Positions 53,982 to 63,190 of a stretch of DNA of 64,000 bases are shown here, in pieces. The notes beneath the pieces are model-generated. The model searched no databases. It saw nothing but the letters and a program-made list of their open reading frames with translations, and had not been told where the DNA came from. The DNA is taken from positions 4,644 through 68,643 of the forward strand of contig BDSY01000027.1 of NCBI GenBank assembly GCA_002897895.1, given 5' to 3'. This DNA is from a bacterium BMS3Abin06 (lineage in GTDB: Bacteria > Nitrospirota > Thermodesulfovibrionia > UBA6902). Made by a program: the position numbers and the translations under genes. How positions within the stretch are numbered: the first letter of the stretch is position 1; every line of letters begins with the position of its first letter.

Positions 53982-56489
53982 TTATAAATATCTTACAGTC
54001 GCCTGCGTTGTATTAGCCGGAAGTTTCACATCATTTCCTGTTATCGCCAGAGAACTTCCATCTGCTGTCACCGAGCTTACGCCGGAGCCGAAACGACAGG
54101 GATATATAAAGCTTACATGAGACGGGGGAGGCTGTAATATCTGTATTTCAACAGACCTGGCGGCCTGGTTGTGGGTTAACTTATAGCCGAACAAACTGCC
54201 GAAAACAGTCGGCGCATCTGATACACTTATTGATTTACCGTCTCCCAGCCAATGGGGCATAACACCCGGTGCTATATAGATGTGAGGTTCGTTGTCTTCA
54301 TCTGCTTCAAAAAAGAGGATATCACGCAAAAGCAATAAATACTCTGCACATGCCCAGCCATGGGGAATATCTCCCATGTACCACCAGCGCTGAGGGACCT
54401 CAGCAAAATCTTTAGCAGCAGGATAGCAGTGCTGTTCATTCCATGCACCGGACACCACCTGCCACCTGTCGGAAGACTCTCCTTCATAACGGCTGATTTT
54501 TGCATATCCGGCATTGACTGCCCAGGCAAGACATTTGTCCATCTTTTCCACATCCCCTGTCAATAAAAAGGCATGAGCCAGCTGGAGAGTCAGATATGGG
54601 CCATAGCAGTACCAGGCAGTATCATGCCGGAAGCCGCCTTCCATAAAATGTGCCCAGATTGTTTCAAGCGTCATCTTTGCAGCCCAGTCTATGTCAGCGC
54701 CTAATTTTGCGCCCATGTACAGGCGGCAGGGATGAAAATATGCAAGGACTCCGACCATTGTAGAATCCAGTCTTCCCGGGTCTCCCGGGCCCGTAGGGAT
54801 AAAAGTTTCCCAGAATCCCCGGCGTCTCTGCTCATCCAGTACCCATCTGATAGAGTCTGCCGTTGCACGATTAAGGTCATTATACGCCCACCATATCTCA
54901 CCCGCTTCCGGTGCGCCGATCCTTTCTGCTAATTTTGCAGCCTCCCAGAGACCGGCCAGACCCCATAAATCATCCCAGAAATGGGGCTTGTGCTTTTCCC
55001 CAATATGCTCGGCGCTCCATCCGCTGTGCATTATGCCGTAAGGACTGCGGTTGTCGCGTATCCAGCGCGCGCCTTCAATCACATAAGGTGAAAACATGCT
55101 TGCGCCAAAGCCGTTTCCGCTGCCATTAATCCGGTCAAAGCGGCCGATAGCCCACAGGGCCTGACCATTGCTGTCCCATTCAAAATCATTCTTTTCGTGT
55201 TCTCCCCCAAAGAAACCATGAAGCGAGACAGGCCCCAGGCGCTCATATCCCAGGTTGAATATGGTTGGATAATGATGGCCGAACTGCCTTGAAGCCAGAT
55301 TTTTATCGCCGCTGAGGGAACAGGCGATTCCCTCCACTGAAGAATCTCTGACCCAGAAAGAATCGTAAATGGTCGGCCCCGGATGAATCTGGCCGTGGTC
55401 GGAAAGAATGAGCAGGTTTGCGCGGCATGTCCGGTAGAGATCAAAGAGATGACGTACAACAGGAGAGAGAGATGCCTGGAGACCGCTGTTATCGAGTTTG
55501 TTTGTCCAGAAGGTACGATTATTGTTTTCGAGTGAGTCTGCATCAGCCGAAATAATTTCCATCAGGTCATGAGGCCCCCTGTAATCATCAACTGGAAGCC
55601 ATATATCAAGGGAAAAGGTACGGCTGCCTGCGGAGAGATTGATCGGCCAGGCAAATACACCTTTGCATAGTCCTGCAATATGGTCTGTTGCCGTATTCCA
55701 CCCGTTGAGCCCCCCGCTTGAGGCAAGGTCATGGTATGGACTGTTGTCAATATAAAAGTCCGGATCATAAGAACTGCCGTTCCCATAGGTGCCGAAATGT
55801 ACCGGTGCCTTGTCAAACACAGGCCCCCACGAAGAATTTATAAAGACCCGTTTCTCAGCCCCCAGATATTTTATAAAGGAAAGCCGCCGGTCGGCAATGT
55901 ACCGGCCTGCCTTATCGTGGCGTTGAAAGCCTGTAGGGCCGGTCGGGGATACTGAAATGCACAACCAGGCGTTGGCAGGCGTTGAGCCTGAAAGTCGTGC
56001 GGTGGTTCTGACCAGCACAACACTTCTCTGATCCGCGCCTACTGTAGTGGCGATCACTTTTTGCTCTATTATAATGTTCATGGGAGACCGGTAACTTGTA
56101 TTCACCACCGGAAGATATCCATCCTCCAGTCCCTGCTCCAAAGGTGACAGGCTTCCGTCGTAGACAGGGTGTTGAGGAAAGTGGAGTTTTTTTGTTGAAG
56201 GTTCGAAGAGAAAAAAGCTCAGGGCATATTGGTCATATACGGGCTCTATCTCTCCTGCCTGACCTATCAGGCTCTCCTGACGATGGTCTTTGACGCCGAC
56301 CATATTCCAGTAGCGATAATGGGCGTTTGATGAAAAGGCCGCCTCTTTTGAGGAAAAAAGTCCGCTGTCATAAGGTTCGACCCAGTGCCTGAAGTACTGC
56401 TGCACCCACCAAGGAAGCGGTACCGGTCTGCCCCCGGCCTCTGCCCGCCACATTACTTCATAAAACATCCATTCATGCGTAGTAGCCAT
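53982..56489 (-). CDS. Uncharacterised 835-aa protein, probable six-hairpin (alpha/alpha)6 glycosidase-like
   Basis: YDSFWVRD, EWDSNGQ, FWDDLW, PHGWACAE acidic/aromatic motifs; no signal peptide. Confidence 0.55.
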   Translation of the reverse strand: MATTHEWMFYEVMWRAEAGGRPVPLPWWVQQYFRHWVEPYDSGLFSSKEAAFSSNAHYRYWNMVGVKDHRQESLIGQAGEIEPVYDQYALSFFLFEPSTKKLHFPQHPVYDGSLSPLEQGLEDGYLPVVNTSYRSPMNIIIEQKVIATTVGADQRSVVLVRTTARLSGSTPANAWLCISVSPTGPTGFQRHDKAGRYIADRRLSFIKYLGAEKRVFINSSWGPVFDKAPVHFGTYGNGSSYDPDFYIDNSPYHDLASSGGLNGWNTATDHIAGLCKGVFAWPINLSAGSRTFSLDIWLPVDDYRGPHDLMEIISADADSLENNNRTFWTNKLDNSGLQASLSPVVRHLFDLYRTCRANLLILSDHGQIHPGPTIYDSFWVRDSSVEGIACSLSGDKNLASRQFGHHYPTIFNLGYERLGPVSLHGFFGGEHEKNDFEWDSNGQALWAIGRFDRINGSGNGFGASMFSPYVIEGARWIRDNRSPYGIMHSGWSAEHIGEKHKPHFWDDLWGLAGLWEAAKLAERIGAPEAGEIWWAYNDLNRATADSIRWVLDEQRRRGFWETFIPTGPGDPGRLDSTMVGVLAYFHPCRLYMGAKLGADIDWAAKMTLETIWAHFMEGGFRHDTAWYCYGPYLTLQLAHAFLLTGDVEKMDKCLAWAVNAGYAKISRYEGESSDRWQVVSGAWNEQHCYPAAKDFAEVPQRWWYMGDIPHGWACAEYLLLLRDILFFEADEDNEPHIYIAPGVMPHWLGDGKSISVSDAPTVFGSLFGYKLTHNQAARSVEIQILQPPPSHVSFIYPCRFGSGVSSVTADGSSLAITGNDVKLPANTTQATVRYL

Positions 56490-56502
56490 AATCCCCCCAT
56501 GC

Positions 56503-57066
56503 CTACAAGTTTAAAAAATTCCTCAACAAGTCTTTCCCGACTTTTGTAAGAATTGACTCCGGATGGAACTGGACGCCCTCGATAAGCATCTTTTTGTGTC
56601 TTATCCCCATGATCTCATCCTTGTCTGTCCATGCGGTTATTTTAAAATCTTTCGGCAGTGTATCTTTTTTTATGATTAACGAATGATAGCGGGTTGCCTC
56701 AAAGGGATTGGGAAGGCCTTTGAAAATTGTCTTCCCGTCGTGATGTATCATGGATGTTTTCCCGTGCATCAATCTTGGTGCGTTCACTATTTCAGCTCCG
56801 TAAGCTGCACCTATTGACTGATGTCCAAGACAGACTCCGAGGAGGGGGATTTTTCCGGCAAAATGCTGTACGACATTTATAGATATTCCTGCCTCTTTCG
56901 GTGTACAGGGTCCGGGGGAAATAACGATTTTCTCAGGGTTCAGTTTCTCAATCTGGGGAATTGTAATTTTGTCGTTTCTAAAGACCCTTATATCTTCACC
57001 CAGCTCACCGAGGTACTGGACCAGGTTGTAGGTGAATGAATCGTAATTGTCTATCATTAGTAACAT
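56503..57066 (-). CDS. trpG: Anthranilate synthase component II (TrpG/PabA family)
   Basis: [33 protein letters not shown]. Confidence 0.93.
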   Translation of the reverse strand: MLLMIDNYDSFTYNLVQYLGELGEDIRVFRNDKITIPQIEKLNPEKIVISPGPCTPKEAGISINVVQHFAGKIPLLGVCLGHQSIGAAYGAEIVNAPRLMHGKTSMIHHDGKTIFKGLPNPFEATRYHSLIIKKDTLPKDFKITAWTDKDEIMGIRHKKMLIEGVQFHPESILTKVGKDLLRNFLNL

Positions 57067-57093
57067 AAATCCGAACTCCTGACTCTAAACGCA

Positions 57094-57121
57094 GTAAGGA
57101 CGTATTGCAATACGCCCCTAC
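57094..57121. repeat. REP-like palindrome (GTAGGGGCG...CCCTAC type) overlapping the trpE stop
   Basis: gtaaggacgtattgcaatacgcccctac. Confidence 0.7.
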
Positions 57122-58623
57122 AGTTCCTTCTCAGCCATTTCTATGGCCTTGAACATTGCTTTTGCCTTGTTTACGGTTTCCTTGAATTCTTTTTCAGGGT
57201 CGGAATCGGCTACTATTCCGGCGCCTGCCTGAATATAGGCTTTTTTGTTTTTGAAGATTATTGTCCTTATTGTAATACACATGTCCATATTCCCGGAAAA
57301 GTCAAAATATCCCACAGAGCCTGCGTAGGGCCCGCGCTTTGTGGGCTCCAGTTCTTCAATGATCTCCATGGCCCTTATCTTTGGAGCGCCCGTTACCGTG
57401 CCTGCGGGGAAAGATGCCCGGAGCACGTCAAATGCATTATGCTTCTTCCCGAGTTTCCCGACCACGTTGGATGCAAGATGCATGACATGAGAATATCTTT
57501 CAACTGTCATTAATTCCGTGACCTCGACAGTGCCTGTTTCTGCAACCCTGCCGGTATCATTTCTGCCGAGGTCGACAAGCATGATATGCTCTGCAATTTC
57601 CTTTGGATCAGCCTTGAGTTCTTCTTCATAAAACCGGTCTTCTTCGGGTGTCTTTCCTCTCTTTCTTGTGCCTGCAATCGGTCTCAGCTCTATGGAATCC
57701 CCTTCGACCCTGACAAGTATCTCAGGGGAAGACCCTACAATCGTGCTTTTCCCGGTTTCAAGGTAATACATGTAAGGAGAGGGATTTATAACACGAAGCG
57801 CCCTGTATGCATTTATAGGCGGGATATCCGTCTCACATTGAAAGTTCTGTGATATCACTGTCTGAATAACATCGCCTGCCTTTACATAGTCTTTTGTTTT
57901 TTCTACTGCTTTTAAAAAGTCTTTTTTTGAGAAATTCGAGGTGAATTTTACCTTTCCGGAAACAGCCCCCTTTCGAGGTGATGCCCCTCTGCCGGGTACA
58001 ACAAATTTTGATCTGAGTTTTTTAACTATGCCGTCAATCTTTTTTTCCGCTTTTTCATAGGCTTTTTTGGGGCTCTCTTCTATATATGCGTTTGATATCA
58101 CTTTGATCTTATGTGTCAGGTTGTCAAAGACGACCAGAGTGTCGGTAAGCATAAGAAATATATCCGGAAGGTTCAGTCCGGGATGGTCGTTGTCCGGGAG
58201 TTTTTCGAAGTATCGCACAGTATCATATCCTATGTAACCGAGAAATCCGCCAAAGAACCTCGGCAGACCGGGGATAATCACAGGCTTATATTTTTTCAGT
58301 TCCGCTGATATAACATCCAGAGGGTCCCTGAATTGACTTGTACCGCCATTTCCGATCCGAATCTTTTCTTCTTTCGGGCCTCTTTTTATTGTAAGACTAT
58401 TTCCTTTGCCCTCGATTATTATGGACGGATTGCTCCCGATAAAGGAGTACCTGGCCCATTTTTCGCCGCCTTCCACACTTTCAAGGAGAAAGCATCTTTT
58501 CCCTTTCAGCTTCAGAAATGCGGAGAGCGGGGTGTCGAGGTCGGCAAGGATTTCCCTGTACACAGGAATCAGGTTGCCTTCTTTTGATTTCTTCTTAAAT
58601 TCGTTAAAATCAGGGGTTAGCAT
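57118..58623 (-). CDS. trpE: Anthranilate synthase component I
   Basis: FLLES, NPSPYMY, PIAGT, EHIMLVDLGRND, GAPKIRAM, QAGAGIV. Confidence 0.93.
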   Translation of the reverse strand: MLTPDFNEFKKKSKEGNLIPVYREILADLDTPLSAFLKLKGKRCFLLESVEGGEKWARYSFIGSNPSIIIEGKGNSLTIKRGPKEEKIRIGNGGTSQFRDPLDVISAELKKYKPVIIPGLPRFFGGFLGYIGYDTVRYFEKLPDNDHPGLNLPDIFLMLTDTLVVFDNLTHKIKVISNAYIEESPKKAYEKAEKKIDGIVKKLRSKFVVPGRGASPRKGAVSGKVKFTSNFSKKDFLKAVEKTKDYVKAGDVIQTVISQNFQCETDIPPINAYRALRVINPSPYMYYLETGKSTIVGSSPEILVRVEGDSIELRPIAGTRKRGKTPEEDRFYEEELKADPKEIAEHIMLVDLGRNDTGRVAETGTVEVTELMTVERYSHVMHLASNVVGKLGKKHNAFDVLRASFPAGTVTGAPKIRAMEIIEELEPTKRGPYAGSVGYFDFSGNMDMCITIRTIIFKNKKAYIQAGAGIVADSDPEKEFKETVNKAKAMFKAIEMAEKEL

Positions 58624-58754
58624 TTGACAAAACAGTCTTTTATTAATTAATATTTTAGTTGTCTATTATAGACTATTTAGTATATTAAGTTAACAGAAGA
58701 AAGTTTTTTTGATTCTCAACCCATAACTCTTCACTTTAAGCGTTAACTTTATTT

Positions 58755-58830
58755 GCGGGAGTAGCTCAGCTGGTAGAGCACAACCTTGCCAAGGTTGGGG
58801 TCGCGGGTTCGAATCCCGTCTCCCGCTCCA
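58755..58830 (+). tRNA. tRNA-Gly(GCC)
   Basis: GCGGGAG acceptor stem, AGCTGGTAGAG D-arm, caacc-ttGCCaa-ggttg anticodon arm, GGTTCGAATCCC T-arm, encoded CCA; 76 nt. Confidence 0.97.
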
Positions 58831-59142
58831 TTCTAAATTTGCTTTACTGCCACTGCCCCTCTCTTTCCATCTCCATCTTTAAACATTACCATCTATAAAT
58901 TTCAAAAATTCTCCACAGATTTTTACCGTAAGTGTTATAATTTACGGAACAATTTATGGCTTAGTAAGGGACAGTTGGTTGTAACACTGAGCGAGGATGG
59001 CAGGCTCTGCATAATTCATGAAGAAGAAGTGGCATATAAATCGAGGATTATCTGCTCAATGGGGTTGTTCGGAGCAGGCCCATAAAATTATGATAATATA
59101 TAATCTCAAGGCGCTAAGACAGTGAACACCGGAGACAGGATC

Positions 59143-59436
59143 ATGACTGATCTGGACGAGATAAAGAAAACTATAAGGCAGCACAGAGACATTCTGGAAG
59201 AAAAGTACGGTATTGCTGTTGTGGGCATCTTCGGCTCCCATGTCAGGGGCGAAGAAAAGCAGGCCAGTGATATAGACCTGCTGGCAGAGATTTTGAAACC
59301 AGTAAGCCTTTTGGAGCTTGTTGGCGCCGAGATATACCTGAGTGATCTGCTTGGGATAAAAGTTGATCTTGTGCCTAGGCGCAGCCTGCGGGAAGAATTG
59401 AAGGAGTCGATCCTTAAAGAGGCTATGCCGGTATGA
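59143..59436 (+). CDS. mntA: Minimal nucleotidyltransferase antitoxin (MntA-like); start ATG 59143
   Basis: FGSHVRGE...SDIDL, KVDLV. Confidence 0.88.
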   Translation: MTDLDEIKKTIRQHRDILEEKYGIAVVGIFGSHVRGEEKQASDIDLLAEILKPVSLLELVGAEIYLSDLLGIKVDLVPRRSLREELKESILKEAMPV

Positions 59437-59786
59437 GCCGCAATATTACTCTATACATAAAAGATATCCTGCAAAATATGTCGGATGCAGAGGATTTTAT
59501 CAGCGGCATCTCTTATGAACAGTTTACCAATGACCAAAAGACCCTGAATGCGGTGCTGCGTTCAATTGAGGTAATCGGGGAAGCTGCGAAGAATATTCCC
59601 GACAATATCCGCAACCTGTATCAGGATATACCGTGGAGAGAGATGGCAGGAATGCGGGACAAGGTGATTCACTTTTATTTTGGTGTGGATAAAGAGGTTA
59701 TATGGTTTGTCGTCAAGGAACGTATCCCCGATCTTAAACCCGTGATCAGCCGGTTGCTTCGGGAGCTTGAAGATCAGGGCATATGA
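59433..59786 (+). CDS. hepT: DUF86 HEPN RNase toxin (HepT-like)
   Basis: IEVIGEAAK, IPW, RDKVIHFY (RX4HXY). Confidence 0.9.
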   Translation: MSRNITLYIKDILQNMSDAEDFISGISYEQFTNDQKTLNAVLRSIEVIGEAAKNIPDNIRNLYQDIPWREMAGMRDKVIHFYFGVDKEVIWFVVKERIPDLKPVISRLLRELEDQGI

Positions 59787-62700
59787 ATCCGGATAGCCGC
59801 AGATCCCGCAAATATCTGAGAGAGTTTAATTTCAAGTCTCTCTTTATAGAAGAACTTGGATGGGATCATTACGACAAAGAACTTGAAATCTTTGCAGACA
59901 GTAAAACATTTACTCTCTCTGCAATAGCCGAAAAAAGGGGCATGGCCGCCTTTCTCTGCCCTTGTCCCCGGAATGGGCGTATTCCCGATTATGCCGCAAG
60001 AAGAAAAATAGAGAAACAGACAGCCGAATCTGTTCATGAGCATATTATTATTTATACTGACCATGAAGAGACCATGCAGATATGGCAGTGGGTAAAGCGT
60101 GAACCCGGCAAACCCGCGGCTTGCCGTGAACATACTTACCATAAGAGTCAGACTGGGGATTCCCTGCTTCAGAAGCTTCAGAATATAGCATTCAGCCTTG
60201 AAGATGAAGAAACCCTTACCCTTCCTCACGTTACAGGACGTATGCGTAAAGCCTTTGATGTAGAACGGGTAACAAAGCGCTTTTATGACCGCTTCAAAAA
60301 AGAACATGATTCTTTCTTCAGTTTTATCATGGGTATCCCGGATGACGATCTTCACCGCTGGTATGCTTCTGTCATGCTCAACCGCCTGATGTTTATTTAC
60401 TTCGTACAAAAGAAAGGATTCCTTGATAGTGATAGTGACTATCTGAGAAACAAACTGATGCAGAGCAAACAGCAGGGAAAGGATCTTTTTTACAAAGATG
60501 TTCTTTGCCCGCTCTTTTTTGAGGGGTTTGCCAAAAAAGCAAAAGACCGTTCTGAAAAGATAAACAGACTTCTTGGTGAAGTGCCTTATCTGAACGGCGG
60601 ACTTTTCTTAAAGCATCAGATAGAAGAGCTGCATGGCAGAGATATTCAGATAACCGACAAAGCCTTTGAAAAACTCTTTGATTTTTTTGATCAGTATCAA
60701 TGGCATCTCGATGAAAGACCACTGAGAAAGGACAATGAAATCAACCCTGATGTGCTTGGATATATTTTTGAAAAATATATCAATCAGAAACAGATGGGGG
60801 CGTATTACACAAAAGAGGATATTACTGAATATATCAGCAAAAACACAGTTATTCCATATCTTTTTGACGCTGCAAAAAAGAAATGCAAAATTGCGTTTGA
60901 GGGGGTGGATTTTGTAGGGGCAGGTTTGAAACCTGCCCCTACGGTATGGCAATTATTACAGACAGACCCCGACCGTTATATCTATGATGCGGTTAAAAAA
61001 GGGGTTGAATTAGAACTGCCTGAAGAAATTGCTGTGGGAATAAAAGATGTATCCAAAAGGACTGAATGGAACAAGCCTGCTGCATCCGAATACGCACTGC
61101 CTACGGAAATCTGGAGAGAAGTTGTTGCAAGGCGTCAGAGATATGAAGAAGTCAAATCCAGAATGCTCAATGGCGACATCCGGTCCATCAATGACCTGAT
61201 AACTTATAATCTTGACATTCGCCAATTTGCACAGGATGTAATCTGGAACTCAGAAGGGCCGGAACTGCTTCGGGCTTTTTATCATGCTATTGAGGATGTA
61301 ACTGTGCTTGATCCTACCTGTGGCTCAGGGGCGTTTCTTTTTGCTGCATTGAATATTCTTGAGCCTCTTTATGAAGCATGCCTTGACCGGATGCAAGTCT
61401 TTGTTGATGAGCTTGAAAGGTCAGAGATAAAGCACCGTAAGGACAAGTATGGCGACTTTAAAGAGATATTAAAGAGGGTCGGTGAACACCCAAACCTTAA
61501 ATACTTCATTTTCAAATCAATAATCGTAAACAACCTCTATGGCGTTGATATCATGGAAGAGGCTATTGAAATATGTAAGCTTCGCCTGTTTCTCAAGCTC
61601 GTAGCTCAAATAGACAGTATTGAGCATATCGAGCCTTTGCCTGATATTGATTTTAATATCCGTGCAGGCAATACACTTGTAGGATTTGCAACTTACGATG
61701 AAGTAAAAAAGGCAGTAACCGGCAGAGATCAAATGGCTATGCAGTTTGATGATACGATGCAACGTATTGAAGAACAGGCCGAGGATGTTGATCGCCTGTT
61801 CCAGCTCTTTCATAAACAACAGACCGAATTGGGCGGAGAAGTTGCCCCTGAAGATAAACAGGCGCTGAAAGATAAATTGAAAGTCTTGGAAGATGAACTG
61901 AACCAATATCTTGCAGGTGAATACGGGATTGATCCGAACAAAAAAACGGCCTATGAAAAGTGGCTCAAATCCCATCATCCTTTTCACTGGTTTATTGAAT
62001 TTTATGGGATATTGAAAAAAGGCGGATTTGATGTAATTATAGGGAATCCGCCGTATGTGGAGTACAGCAAGATAAAAAATGAATACACGATTAAGAATTA
62101 TGGAACTGAGAGTTGCGGCAACATTTATGCTTTTACGATTGAGCGAAGTTTAAAAATTGCCTCGACTAAAGCTTTCTCCGGATTAATAGTTCCATTAAGT
62201 TTAATGTCAACAGAAAGAATGAGCGAATTGCAATCATTGCTTTTAAATGAAAATCGAATACTATGGATTAGTGCTTATGATGTTTACCCTTGTAAACTTT
62301 TCGAGGGAGCTAAACAACGTCTTTCTATACTCTTAACTTCTGCTAAGGTATCAGAAAAACTCCTTTGGACAAGTCGATACAACCGTTGGAAGCCGGAAGA
62401 GCGTGAATATCTTTTTCCTCTTCTGTTTTTTTGGAATTCATCACTCGAAAAAAACATCTCTGTCATACCAAAGTTTGGCAATAAGATTTCAAACGTGATT
62501 CTTAAGAAAGTATCTAAATATAAGCCAGCATCATTTATACGTAGTAATGAACATGTTTCTTTTTATGTTCACAGAATTCCTTATAATTATGTGAAAGCTT
62601 TTGATTTTATACCGTATTTCTATAATGAAAAAGATGGTGTTAAAAAGTCAGAAGATTACAAGCCATATCATCTTCTTGATCCAAAACAAGCAATAGTGAT

Positions 62701-63067
62701 GCTTGCAGTTTTAAATTCAAATCTATTTTTCTGGATGTGGTACACCTTATTTGAAGGTTATCATTGTGGTAGACATGAAATATACTCCTTTCCAATAGGA
62801 TTGGATAAAATGAGTTCTGACAAGAAAAGTAGTTTAATAGAACTTGCTGAAAAATTAATGAAAGATATCAATAGAAATAAAAATCGGAAAAAGTGCTGGT
62901 ATAAAAAAACCGGCAAGGTAGTATATGATGAGTTTTATCCTAGATTATCTAAGCCTATCATTGATGAAATTGACCGGGTGTTAGCGAAACATTATGGCTT
63001 TACAGATGAAGAACTAGATTTCATCATCAACTACGACATCAAGTATCGGTTGGGGATTGATAGTTAG
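59783..63067 (+). CDS. Large N6-adenine DNA methyltransferase (Eco57I/type IIG-like MTase module with C-terminal TRD)
   Basis: PYLNGGLF, LGYIFE, GAYYT, DPTCGSGAFL (motif I), YGVDI, FHWFIEF, GNPPY (motif IV). Confidence 0.88.
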   Translation: MNPDSRRSRKYLREFNFKSLFIEELGWDHYDKELEIFADSKTFTLSAIAEKRGMAAFLCPCPRNGRIPDYAARRKIEKQTAESVHEHIIIYTDHEETMQIWQWVKREPGKPAACREHTYHKSQTGDSLLQKLQNIAFSLEDEETLTLPHVTGRMRKAFDVERVTKRFYDRFKKEHDSFFSFIMGIPDDDLHRWYASVMLNRLMFIYFVQKKGFLDSDSDYLRNKLMQSKQQGKDLFYKDVLCPLFFEGFAKKAKDRSEKINRLLGEVPYLNGGLFLKHQIEELHGRDIQITDKAFEKLFDFFDQYQWHLDERPLRKDNEINPDVLGYIFEKYINQKQMGAYYTKEDITEYISKNTVIPYLFDAAKKKCKIAFEGVDFVGAGLKPAPTVWQLLQTDPDRYIYDAVKKGVELELPEEIAVGIKDVSKRTEWNKPAASEYALPTEIWREVVARRQRYEEVKSRMLNGDIRSINDLITYNLDIRQFAQDVIWNSEGPELLRAFYHAIEDVTVLDPTCGSGAFLFAALNILEPLYEACLDRMQVFVDELERSEIKHRKDKYGDFKEILKRVGEHPNLKYFIFKSIIVNNLYGVDIMEEAIEICKLRLFLKLVAQIDSIEHIEPLPDIDFNIRAGNTLVGFATYDEVKKAVTGRDQMAMQFDDTMQRIEEQAEDVDRLFQLFHKQQTELGGEVAPEDKQALKDKLKVLEDELNQYLAGEYGIDPNKKTAYEKWLKSHHPFHWFIEFYGILKKGGFDVIIGNPPYVEYSKIKNEYTIKNYGTESCGNIYAFTIERSLKIASTKAFSGLIVPLSLMSTERMSELQSLLLNENRILWISAYDVYPCKLFEGAKQRLSILLTSAKVSEKLLWTSRYNRWKPEEREYLFPLLFFWNSSLEKNISVIPKFGNKISNVILKKVSKYKPASFIRSNEHVSFYVHRIPYNYVKAFDFIPYFYNEKDGVKKSEDYKPYHLLDPKQAIVMLAVLNSNLFFWMWYTLFEGYHCGRHEIYSFPIGLDKMSSDKKSSLIELAEKLMKDINRNKNRKKCWYKKTGKVVYDEFYPRLSKPIIDEIDRVLAKHYGFTDEELDFIINYDIKYRLGIDS
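60914..60942. repeat. Perfect REP-like palindrome inserted in frame in the MTase gene
   Basis: GTAGGGGCAGGTTT-G-AAACCTGCCCCTAC; encodes VGAGLKPAPT. Confidence 0.85.
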
Positions 63068-63190
63068 TAGAGATTTATTATATGAGGAATACGAAAACTT
63101 AATATTTATTCTGATTACAGTGGATAGTATATCATTATAAAAATTAAAGACTTATGAAACCTTTTTGATGTGCAATTAGGGAAGGGGAAT

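Noticed and set aside
58954-59085. 44-codon open frame between tRNA-Gly and mntA; possible integrase or att remnant
   Set aside because: No good start or SD, no recognisable motif, and no duplicated tRNA 3' end in the window
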